Source: Bacteroidota bacterium (lineage in GTDB: Bacteria; Bacteroidota; Bacteroidia; Bacteroidales; JACABE01). From it: a DNA stretch of 64,000 nucleotides. Position numbers and translations under genes: made by a program. Below the pieces are notes generated by a model, which worked only from the letters and a program-made list of their open reading frames with translations, made no database searches and had not been told where the DNA came from. Positions 1 through 8,800 of this stretch are shown here, piece after piece. Positions within the stretch are counted from its first letter, which is position 1, and each line of letters opens with the position of its first letter. The stretch spans positions 5,129-69,128 of the forward strand of contig JBAXNW010000006.1 in the NCBI GenBank assembly GCA_037133555.1, in the 5' to 3' direction.

Positions 1-278
1 ACAGAATCAGTCCATTGCCCCATAACACCCGTAAGTGTATTCAAACCTCCGGGACCCGTAGTAACATTGACAACGCCCATTTTTCCGGTAGAACGTGCAT
101 AACCTTCAGCAGCAATTGCACAAGCTTGCTCGTGATGGTTACAGATATATTGAAGCTGACTGCATTTACCGATAGAATCGTTTAAATGCATCGCACCACC
201 TCCTGTTATCATAAAAATATGACGGACGTTGTATGTTTCCGCTAATCTTTGAATAATATAATCGCTGACCTTTATCAT
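1..278 (-). CDS. Thiamine-pyrophosphate-binding enzyme, acetolactate-synthase-large-subunit-like (N-terminal part only; gene runs off the window)
   Basis: Reverse translation from ATG at 276-278 gives MIKVSDYIIQRLAETYNVRHIFMITGGGAMHLNDSIG...HHEQACAIAAEGYARSTGKMGVVNVTTGPGGLNTLTGV, a typical TPP-enzyme N-terminal pyrimidine-binding domain. The start overlaps the stop of the upstream gene (TAATG). Confidence 0.75.
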   Translation of the reverse strand, partial: MIKVSDYIIQRLAETYNVRHIFMITGGGAMHLNDSIGKCSQLQYICNHHEQACAIAAEGYARSTGKMGVVNVTTGPGGLNTLTGVMGQWTDS

Positions 279-1165
279 TAAAATTTTTCTTTTATAATAG
301 CCTCTTTATTAATCAAATCTTTATTATCATTGTACCAGACATATAATTTTTCAATAGCCGCTTCAATAGATGTAAATCTAAAATTTATTATTTCATTTTT
401 CAACCTTGTATTATCGCCACTATATTCAAGGCCCAAACCTTCTTTGGAAGTGATAATGGGTAAGTTTTTCCCTGAAATAGTTTTAATTATTTCGGCAATA
501 GAAATTAGTTCTATTGAATAATCAGGTGTTACATTGTAACAACTGTATTTTGAAGTATGCGTGATAAAGTAATCCAATACTGGCATTAAATCATTGATGC
601 AAAGATAATCAAATTTTCTGTTTTGATTCACGGTTAAAGGCAAATCGAAAATAGCTTTACAAATAAGGTTAGAAATGAAGCGAATGGAATAATCTTCGTA
701 TTTACCAAAAATTCCAAAAACACGCAAATCAATAATATTGTTTGATTTTTCGATTACTTTTTCGCAAGTGTATTTTGTTAAGCCATGATCATCCACAGGA
801 ATATGAGTTCCAAAATATTCTTCCTTCATCTTGGGCTTATAGTTTCGCATATCATATATTGCACCAGAGCCAATAACTAGCATTTTTTCATAGTTGCTAG
901 CATGGCGTTCTAAGTTGAAGAACATTTGAGTGTTTGTCTTAAAAAGCTCAGTAGGGTCTTTTGCATTTCGATGGCCTGGTTTACAAGCACTGTGGATAAT
1001 TACATCTATCGAATTGTTTTGAAAGAAGTCATCAATCGCCTCACAATCAGCTATATTTAGCTCCTTGCTGCTAGGAGCAATAATATTGTATTTCTCAGCC
1101 AAAAACGATTCTTGTATGTTTCTGCCAATAAAACCGTTGCCACCAGTGAGCAATATTGTTTTCAT
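278..1165 (-). CDS. NAD-dependent epimerase/dehydratase (SDR) family sugar-nucleotide reductase/epimerase
   Basis: 295-aa ORF with N-terminal Rossmann motif TGGNGFIGRN. It lies in the CDP-sugar operon, and its size resembles CDP-paratose/abequose synthase-type or YerF-type reductases. Confidence 0.8.
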   Translation of the reverse strand: MKTILLTGGNGFIGRNIQESFLAEKYNIIAPSSKELNIADCEAIDDFFQNNSIDVIIHSACKPGHRNAKDPTELFKTNTQMFFNLERHASNYEKMLVIGSGAIYDMRNYKPKMKEEYFGTHIPVDDHGLTKYTCEKVIEKSNNIIDLRVFGIFGKYEDYSIRFISNLICKAIFDLPLTVNQNRKFDYLCINDLMPVLDYFITHTSKYSCYNVTPDYSIELISIAEIIKTISGKNLPIITSKEGLGLEYSGDNTRLKNEIINFRFTSIEAAIEKLYVWYNDNKDLINKEAIIKEKF

Positions 1166-1242
1166 TCGTTTAATTTGAGTTTTTGATGCTAATTTTTAAT
1201 TTTAAATGATTTTCAAAGAGTATAAGTCCTTTTATATAAAAA

Positions 1243-1962
1243 TTATTCCCAATCATCTGTTTTAATTTGATCTTCTGCAACGCCTTGATCAACTAGGTAG
1301 TTCTTAAAGTTTTTAATCATAACAGGAGGTCCTGAAATAAAATAGTCAGAGGAATTGCCATTTTCATTAAAGATAGCTTTAATGTCAATGATGCCATCTA
1401 CATCTTCATGGAATATTTTCACAAATTTTGTCTCTTTCAAATTGAACGAATTTGAATTATTTGAACGAATTTGCATCATACAATCAAGTTCACCTTCGTA
1501 AATGTTATACGCTTCTGAACGAAAGCCAAGGTATATTTGAGGGTTAACATATTCGCTAAATGATTGATCCGTAAATAGCGATAAGAATGGAGTGATGCCT
1601 GTTCCTCCGGCAACAAAAACAGTGTTGGTTTTATTGTGTGTTTGTGTAAAAAGATCACCATAAGGTAGTTTTAGTGTAACTTGCTTACCAGGTTTCAATT
1701 CTGTCTGCATACGCTGAGTAAATTTTCCTTTAACGGCGTAGGTGATTTTGATAGTTTCTTCACTGGGTGAAGTTTGTATACTAAAACAGCGGGATTCGGG
1801 CCACTGTCCACTTGGATCATACTCATCAATGGCCAGGTGCAGAAATTGACCTACATCATATTTGAAGGGTTTGCCCATCGATTCCAATTCGAGGGTATAG
1901 ACGCCTTCGATTTTATTAGATATATTTACTACCCTTACCGAGTACTTCTTGATGATAGCCAT
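1243..1962 (-). CDS. FNR-like FAD/NAD(P)-binding oxidoreductase (E3-like reductase lacking a ferredoxin domain)
   Basis: 239-aa ORF with an RxFS flavin motif (RCFSIQ) and a GGTGITP nucleotide-binding motif. No Cys-rich 2Fe-2S segment is present. It sits downstream of the E1 dehydrase. Confidence 0.75.
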   Translation of the reverse strand: MAIIKKYSVRVVNISNKIEGVYTLELESMGKPFKYDVGQFLHLAIDEYDPSGQWPESRCFSIQTSPSEETIKITYAVKGKFTQRMQTELKPGKQVTLKLPYGDLFTQTHNKTNTVFVAGGTGITPFLSLFTDQSFSEYVNPQIYLGFRSEAYNIYEGELDCMMQIRSNNSNSFNLKETKFVKIFHEDVDGIIDIKAIFNENGNSSDYFISGPPVMIKNFKNYLVDQGVAEDQIKTDDWE

Positions 1963-1987
1963 TTTAAAATAGGTTTTGAATTTAAAT

Positions 1988-2027
1988 CACAAAGTTTCTC
2001 AAAGTTTGACACAAAGTTTCTCAAAGT
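1988..2027. repeat. Two perfect direct copies of CACAAAGTTTCTCAAAGT (1988-2005, 2010-2027; 22-bp period), forming the left arm of the GxxExxY cassette
   Basis: Read directly from the sequence. Confidence 0.9.
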
Positions 2028-2082
2028 AAAAATGAAAAAGAATTTGTGGTTTACTAAGTTTTAATTTTTTATTCGTATAAAT

Positions 2083-2454
2083 TTAAAGAATTAATCGTTT
2101 AATACCGTTTTTTAATGATTTTGTATAGAAGTTTAGCAATAATCCTAGATGACACCCTGATAATTTCATATATGTTAATGTTTGGGCAATATGAACATCA
2201 CTAAAAGCTTCTACTGTTTTAAGCTCAATAACAACTTTTTTTTCAACTAAAATGTCAATTCTAAAACCACATTCCAACCTGACTTCTTCATAAACCAGCG
2301 GAAGTGGCTTCTCCTTTTCAATTGAAAGCCCGATTTTTATAAGTTCATATGAAAGACATTCGCGATAAACGCTTTCTAAAAGCCCAGGGCCTAATGCAGA
2401 GTGCACTTTGTAAGCACAGTCTAGAATAATTTTGCTAATTTCGTCTTCTGTCAT
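2083..2454 (-). CDS. GxxExxY protein (PD-(D/E)XK nuclease-fold family)
   Basis: 123-aa ORF with the signature GLLESVY near the N-terminus and a conserved ...RIDILVEKKVVIELK... core typical of the GxxExxY family. Confidence 0.85.
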   Translation of the reverse strand: MTEDEISKIILDCAYKVHSALGPGLLESVYRECLSYELIKIGLSIEKEKPLPLVYEEVRLECGFRIDILVEKKVVIELKTVEAFSDVHIAQTLTYMKLSGCHLGLLLNFYTKSLKNGIKRLIL

Positions 2455-2505
2455 AACTTTACAGTTTTAATAGTTTTTCAAAATTATAAAATATTATCAT
2501 AGTGT

Positions 2506-2525
2506 AACTTTGTGGAACATTGTGA
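2506..2525. repeat. Right arm of the GxxExxY cassette: AACTTTGTG and AACATTGTGA, inverted copies of the CACAAAGTT core
   Basis: The reverse complement of 2506-2514 is CACAAAGTT, identical to the core of the left-arm repeats. The arm ends 10 nt from the rfbH stop codon. Confidence 0.8.
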
Positions 2526-2535
2526 TACTTTTTGA

Positions 2536-3855
2536 TTACTTTTTGATGTTTTCAATAAATGTATCTAAAACACCTTCAACATATTCAAACATTTCTTTCG
2601 TAAGTCCGGGATAGGTCCCTAAAAAGAAAGTATTGTTCATAATATAATCCGTATTTTTGAGATGATCTGTAATTCTCCAGTTTTTATTGATAAAAGCCGG
2701 TTGTTTGCTGATATTACCTGCAAATAAGTTACGTGTTTCAATCAGGTTTTGATCAAAAAAACGGCATATCTCATCACGGCTAAAGGGGCAATTTTCTGTT
2801 AATGTGATGATAAAGCTAAACCATGCAGGATCAGAATTTTCAGTAGCTTTTGGCAAAATAAAATACTGAGGATATTTAGAAAAAACACGTGTCCATTCAT
2901 TAAAATGAGCTTTCCTTTTATCGCAGAATGCAGTCAATTTATCCATTTGGGCCGCTCCAATCGCTGCCTGTATATCCGTCATTTTTAAATTGTAACCGAC
3001 TTCGGAATACACATATTTATGGTCGTAGCCCATCGGCAGTTCTCCAAATTGTTGGGTAAAGCGTTTGCCACAGGTATTGTTTTCGCCACCGGCACAATAG
3101 CAATCGCGGCCCCAATCACGGAAAGCCCTTACCAAATTGGCCAGCATAGGGTCGTTGGTGCAAATGGCACCACCTTCACCTGTGGTGATGTGATGAGCAG
3201 GGTAAAAAGAAATGGTAGATAAATGACCGAAAGTCCCTGTATATTTCCCCTTGTATTTGCTCCCGAACGAATCGCAATTGTCTTCAATCACCCATAAATT
3301 GTGCTCCTCTGCCAGCTGCATAACTGCATCTATATCAAACGTATTGCCTAAGGTATGTGCCAGAAAAATACACCTGGTTTTGGAAGTGATGGCTGAACGC
3401 ATCATTTCAACATTGATGTTATAGGTAGGAATATCCACATCCACAAAAACCGGTATCAATCCATATTGCAAGATGGGAGTAATGGTAGCGGGGAAACTGG
3501 CACCTACCGATATTACTTCATCGCCTGGCTTCAAGCGTTTGTCGCCCAACTTTTCGGAAGTTAAAGCCGAAAATGCCAATAAATTGGCCGAAGAACCTGA
3601 ATTGGTAAGCAATACATGTTCCATGCCTAAAAAGTCCGCAATTTTCTCTGCAAATTCCTCGGTAAATCTTCCTTCGGTCAACCAAAAATCGAGGGAAGCC
3701 TCTACTGCATTAACGATTTCTGATTCATCAAATACCCTGCCTGCATAGTTTACCTTGGTTTTACCTGGAATGAATTCCTTGCTAGCAAATTTGGCATGGT
3801 AATATTCTATGGTTTTTTGAATTATTTCTTTTCTGATTTGATTATGATCTGTCAT
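2536..3855 (-). CDS. rfbH: CDP-6-deoxy-L-threo-D-glycero-4-hexulose 3-dehydrase (E1; RfbH/DdhC family)
   Basis: 439-aa DegT/DnrJ/EryC1-fold protein. His occupies the Schiff-base Lys position (SFYPAHHITTGEGG), and the spacing is exactly Cys-X57-Cys-X1-Cys-X7-Cys (NCDS...DCYCAGGENNTC). Confidence 0.9.
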   Translation of the reverse strand: MTDHNQIRKEIIQKTIEYYHAKFASKEFIPGKTKVNYAGRVFDESEIVNAVEASLDFWLTEGRFTEEFAEKIADFLGMEHVLLTNSGSSANLLAFSALTSEKLGDKRLKPGDEVISVGASFPATITPILQYGLIPVFVDVDIPTYNINVEMMRSAITSKTRCIFLAHTLGNTFDIDAVMQLAEEHNLWVIEDNCDSFGSKYKGKYTGTFGHLSTISFYPAHHITTGEGGAICTNDPMLANLVRAFRDWGRDCYCAGGENNTCGKRFTQQFGELPMGYDHKYVYSEVGYNLKMTDIQAAIGAAQMDKLTAFCDKRKAHFNEWTRVFSKYPQYFILPKATENSDPAWFSFIITLTENCPFSRDEICRFFDQNLIETRNLFAGNISKQPAFINKNWRITDHLKNTDYIMNNTFFLGTYPGLTKEMFEYVEGVLDTFIENIKK

Positions 3856-3862
3856 AGATTAC

Positions 3863-3894
3863 GAATTACGCGAATTTAAAAGAATTACGCGAAT
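3863..3894. repeat. 13-bp direct repeat GAATTACGCGAAT (3863-3875 and 3882-3894) in the 44-bp rfbG-rfbH spacer
   Basis: Read directly from the sequence. Confidence 0.85.
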
Positions 3895-3899
3895 AATTT

Positions 3900-5021
3900 T
3901 TAGTGATTGGTTTTATTAAAATACTGATTAATTTGATGTAGGGTTACTGTTCTCATATCTTCGCCTTTTATAAATGCTTTGTTCCAGTCAACAATGGATT
4001 TCAGTGTTTGTTCAATGTTCCATTGAGGATACCATTCCAGTTCAGCCTTTGCTTTTGAACAATCTAATTTCAAATAATTTGCTTCGTGAGGTTGCGGATT
4101 ATTGTCAATTTCGAAAGAAGCATTTCCTCCCCATAAACTACAAATTTCAGCAGTAATCCATTCTACATTTTTGGCATCGCTATCTTCAGGTCCAAAATTC
4201 CAGGCTGAAGCAAATGCTGCACCATTTGTATACAATTTTTCAGCTAAAATCAAATAGCCTGAAAGAGGTTCCAACACATGCTGCCATGGGCGAATCGCAT
4301 AAGGACTTCTGATTTTTAATTTTTCACCTTTGGTAATCGAACGGATAAAATCAGGAATCAATCGATCTTCAGCCCAATCGCCACCTCCAATTACATTTCC
4401 TGCCCTTGCAGTTGCTATGGCAACACCATGTTGGGCATAATCTTTAGGGTTAAAAAATGAACTCCTAAACGAAGATGTAACCAACTCAGAACAGCCTTTG
4501 CTGTTGGAATAAGGATCATAACCACCCATGGGCTCGTTTTCGCGGTAACCCCAATGCCATTCTTTGTTTTCGTAACATTTATCGGTGGTAACATTCACCA
4601 CTGATTTTACACTCTGAGTATGTCTGATGGCTTCCAGTAGATGAACCGTTCCCATCACGTTGGTAGCATAAGTTTCAATAGGATTTTTATACGATTCACG
4701 AACCAGAGGTTGTGCAGCCATGTGGATGACAATTTCGGGCTGTACTTGCTGTATTACTTTTAATAAATCTTCGTAATTACGAATATCACCAATAAAGGAG
4801 GTCATGACTTCCTCTATTTTTGCTTCTTTGAACAGACTGGGTGAAGTTGGTGGGTCCAATGCATATCCATATACATCAGCACCCAGTTGGTTCAAGAGTA
4901 AACAAAGCCAGGATCCTTTAAATCCGGTATGTCCGGTAATGAATACTTTTTTGCTTTTCCAGAAAGCAGCGTTAATTTTTGTTATTCCCATGATTTCCAA
5001 GGTGCTTTTTGGGTATTCCAT
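3900..5021 (-). CDS. rfbG: CDP-glucose 4,6-dehydratase
   Basis: 373-aa ORF with FWKSKKVFITGHTGFKGSWL at the N-terminus and an extended SDR fold. An alternative start at 4991 (MGITKIN...) would shrink the overlap with rfbF from 40 to 10 nt. Confidence 0.9.
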   Translation of the reverse strand: MEYPKSTLEIMGITKINAAFWKSKKVFITGHTGFKGSWLCLLLNQLGADVYGYALDPPTSPSLFKEAKIEEVMTSFIGDIRNYEDLLKVIQQVQPEIVIHMAAQPLVRESYKNPIETYATNVMGTVHLLEAIRHTQSVKSVVNVTTDKCYENKEWHWGYRENEPMGGYDPYSNSKGCSELVTSSFRSSFFNPKDYAQHGVAIATARAGNVIGGGDWAEDRLIPDFIRSITKGEKLKIRSPYAIRPWQHVLEPLSGYLILAEKLYTNGAAFASAWNFGPEDSDAKNVEWITAEICSLWGGNASFEIDNNPQPHEANYLKLDCSKAKAELEWYPQWNIEQTLKSIVDWNKAFIKGEDMRTVTLHQINQYFNKTNH

Positions 5022-5764
5022 AAATCTTCTAAATCTAATTTGTCACGAAGGGTATCCATGGGCCGCCAAAAACCATGATGTCGGAATGCACAAAGCTGCC
5101 CTTCTTTTGCAAGATTTTCCAATGGTTCTCTTTCCCAGATAGTTGCATCTCCATTTTTAATATAGTCAAATACTTCAGGCTGTAAAACAAAAAAACCACC
5201 ATTTACCCACGTATTATCACCTTTAGGTTTTTCCTGAAATGCAAAGATTTCGACTGAATTTTCGTTGTCAAAATGAATAGCTCCAAATCTGCCTGTAGGC
5301 TGAACAACCGTGACAGTAGCCAGTTTCTTTTGTTTCATATGAAAATCAACCAGCTCTTTAATATTCACATTTCCCAATCCATCACCATACGTTAGCATAA
5401 ATGGCTCATTCCCTATGTGGTTTTGTATCCTTTTTATTCTTCCTCCTGTCATTGTATTTTGACCTGTATCAATTAACGTAATTTTCCAGGGCTCTGCATT
5501 GGATTGATGTATTTCAAGTGAATTCTTACTGAGGTCAATGGTTACATCGGCCTGATGAAGGAAATAGTTGGCAAAATATTCTTTAATAACATAACCTTTA
5601 TATCCACAGCAAATTACAAAATCATTAAACCCAAAAGAAGAATAATGTTTCATTATATGCCAAAGAATGGGCTTTCCTCCAATTTCTATCATGGGCTTTG
5701 GTTTGAGGTCGGTTTCTTCACTGATGCGTGTGCCCAAGCCTCCTGCAAGAATAAGTACTTTCAT
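4982..5764 (-). CDS. rfbF: Glucose-1-phosphate cytidylyltransferase
   Basis: 260-aa ORF starting MKVLILAGGLGTRISEETDLKPKPMIEIGGKPILWHIM, a typical RfbF/DdhA. Confidence 0.9.
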   Translation of the reverse strand: MKVLILAGGLGTRISEETDLKPKPMIEIGGKPILWHIMKHYSSFGFNDFVICCGYKGYVIKEYFANYFLHQADVTIDLSKNSLEIHQSNAEPWKITLIDTGQNTMTGGRIKRIQNHIGNEPFMLTYGDGLGNVNIKELVDFHMKQKKLATVTVVQPTGRFGAIHFDNENSVEIFAFQEKPKGDNTWVNGGFFVLQPEVFDYIKNGDATIWEREPLENLAKEGQLCAFRHHGFWRPMDTLRDKLDLEDLWNTQKAPWKSWE

Positions 5765-5817
5765 CTTAACGTATTAAATATTAATGATTTTATAAAAATG
5801 CTTTCTTTTATTTTTGA

Positions 5818-5825
5818 CAAAAATA
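5818..5825 (-). promoter_or_regulatory. Bacteroidota -7 box (TAnnTTTG on the minus strand) upstream of rfbF
   Basis: The plus strand reads CAAAAATA, which is TATTTTTG on the minus strand, 54 nt upstream of the rfbF ATG. Confidence 0.35.
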
Positions 5826-5861
5826 CAATTTTTTTTTAATTTTATTATGGTGAAATATTTG

Positions 5862-5869
5862 TAGATTTG
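5862..5869 (+). promoter_or_regulatory. Bacteroidota -7 box TAGATTTG upstream of the adhesin gene
   Basis: Matches TAnnTTTG, 12 nt before the GTG start at 5881. Confidence 0.4.
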
Positions 5870-5880
5870 TAAAAAAAATC

Positions 5881-8800
5881 GTGAAGTACTTTAACATTTT
5901 ATTTTTCTTTTGCTTGATACTTATAAAAAGTAATTACGCTCAGTCAATTGCAAATTTCGTTATTACAGATACAGTATGTGTTAATCAAAATATTAGTATT
6001 CAAAATACTTCCACGGGTGGAAATACGTATTATTGGAATTTTTGTTCTGGAAATTTATCCAACACACCCATCGGCCTGAATTTAGGAAATATTGGTTCGT
6101 TAAATAAACCCGTATTTTCATCCATTGCTAAAGATGGCAATAATTTTTATGTTTTTATTTCAAACATCCAAGATGGCACCATTACAAGGCTTTCGTTCGG
6201 CAGTAGTCTGATAAATACTCCTGTGGCAACCAATCTTGGCACTTTGGGTGTTTTAGGAATGTATATTGAAGGTATTCAAATAAATAAGGATAGTTTGTCA
6301 GGGAATTGGTATGGATTTGTGTCTGGAGGTCAGCTAAATTATTTAGCAAGGTTATTTTTTGGAAATAGTTTGAACAATATTCCAACTGCAACTAATTTAG
6401 GGAATATTAGTGGGTTATTAAATTATTCACTTCCAATATATAATTTTTATGAAGGAGGAAATTGGTATAGTTTAATTGCAAATTCCAGTGTTTCAAGTTC
6501 AATTATCAGATTGAATTATGGGAATAGTTTAGCTAACACGCCTACAGCAGTTAGTTTGGGGAATATAGGTTCATTAAACAGTCCTGCAGGCATTTGTCCT
6601 GTTTTTGTGAATGGAAACTGGTATCTTTTTGTTGTGAACACTAATAATAATACATTGTCCCGATTAAATTTCGGAAGTTCATTATTAAATACTCCAACTG
6701 GAGTAAATTTAGGGAATATAAGTAGTACTTTGAATTTACCAAGATCAATATCAATCCAAAATGATTGTAATCAGATAGTTGCTTTAGTAACGAATGAATC
6801 AACAAATAATTTAGTAAAGTTAACATTTCCAGGAGGGATTACAAGTTCTCCTACGGGTGTTTCATTAGGCAATATTGCAAGCTTTTCATTTCCTCATAGT
6901 ATTTCTCAAATATTCAGAGTTGGTGACTCTTTGTATTCTTTTATTATGAATGTGAATAATAATTCTATTTCCAGATTATGCTTTGCAGGCTGTACAAACT
7001 CATCGATAGCTTCTTCTTCATTGCAAATTCCACCTGTATTTTCATACAATGCTGCCGGCACTTACAATGTAAGTTTAACCGTAAATGAAGGCCTATCTTC
7101 AGAATCGAAAATTTGCAAAGATGTTGTGGTGATAGCACTTTCTAATCCCGTTATAACTGGTGATACGGTAATATGTACGGGAGATTCTTTAAAACTGATT
7201 TCAAGTGCGACACCGGGTTGTTCTTACCTATGGACCGGTCCAAATGGATTTACGTCAACAAATCAAAATGTAATTATCCCTACTATAAACGCCAGCAATG
7301 CAGGTATATACACCCTCATCATTTCAAAAAACGGATGTACAAGTACTCCTGTTAGCCGAATGGTCAGTTTCGCTCAGAAACCTGTTGTAAATCTTGGCAA
7401 TGATACCATTATTCCTTGTACAAGTTCATCCATCAATTTTATTTTAAATGCAGGAAATCCTGCATGTACATATTATTGGAGTTCAGGGCAAACAACACAA
7501 TCAATAAATGTAAATACTTCAGGGAATTATTCCGTTAAAGTTACAAATAGCGCTGGCTGTTTTCGTTCAGATACTATCAGTATTATTGTAACACCTACCA
7601 ATGCTAATTTTACGATGCCTGATACTGTTTGTGTAAATCAAAATATTAATATTCAGAATACTACTTTATGTGGAATCACTTATTATTGGAATTTTTGTTC
7701 TGGTAATTTATTAAATACTCCTATTGGGCTTAATATGGGAAATATCGGTGCATTAAATCAGCCTGTTTATTCTTCAATCGCTAAAGATGGAAACAATTAT
7801 TATGTTTTCATTACAAATATAAATAATGGAACAGTTACCAGACTATCTTTCGGAACAAGTTTAACAAATACTCCAACTGCAACTAATCTTGGAAATTTTG
7901 GTGTAATGGGGATGTATATTGAAGGTATCCAGATAAAAAAAGACAGTTTGTCGGGAAATTGGTTTGGATTTATAGTTGGAGGACAGATGAATTATCTGGC
8001 CAGATTAAGTTTTGGGAATAGTTTAAACAACATTCCAACTGCAGTTAACCTAGGAAATATCAATAATTTGATGAGCTATTCTCATACCATTTACACTTTT
8101 ATTGAAGGAGGAAATTGGTACAGCTTGGTTGGAAATTTTGGGAATAGTACTTTGCTAAAATTAAATTTCGGAAATAGTTTAGCAAACATACCAACAGCAA
8201 CAAGTTTAGGCAATATTGGAGGATTAAGCGGTCCTGTAGGACTCTACCCTATACAAGAGAATGGAATTTGGTATTTATTTGTAGCTAATCAGAATAACAG
8301 TACACTTTCGAGACTGAATTTTGGCAACTCATTGTTAAATCTTCCAAGTGGTGTTAATTTAGGAAATATTAATGGCACAATGAATGATCCTAGGGCAATA
8401 ACAATCATTCGCGACTGTGGTCATATCATTGGTTATGTTTGCAATGAAATTACAAATGATATCGTCAGACTTACGTTTCCAGCAAGCTTAACAAGCATAC
8501 CCACAGGGGTTTCTTTGGGAAACCCGGCAAATTTCTCATTTCCTCATAATATTTCCGAAGTATTCAGAGTTGGAGATTCTTTGTATTCATTTATTATGAA
8601 TGTGAATAATAGTACGATCTCAAGGTTATGTTTTCCAAGTTGTAATAATTCATCCGTTTCTTCTTCAAATCTTCAAAATCCACCTGCTTTTTCTTACAAC
8701 TTAACAGGCACCTATAATGTAAGTTTAGTGGTTAATGAGGGTTTACTTTCTCAATCAAATATTTGCAAGCAGGTAGTTGTTGTCGGTCTTTCCAGTCCGC

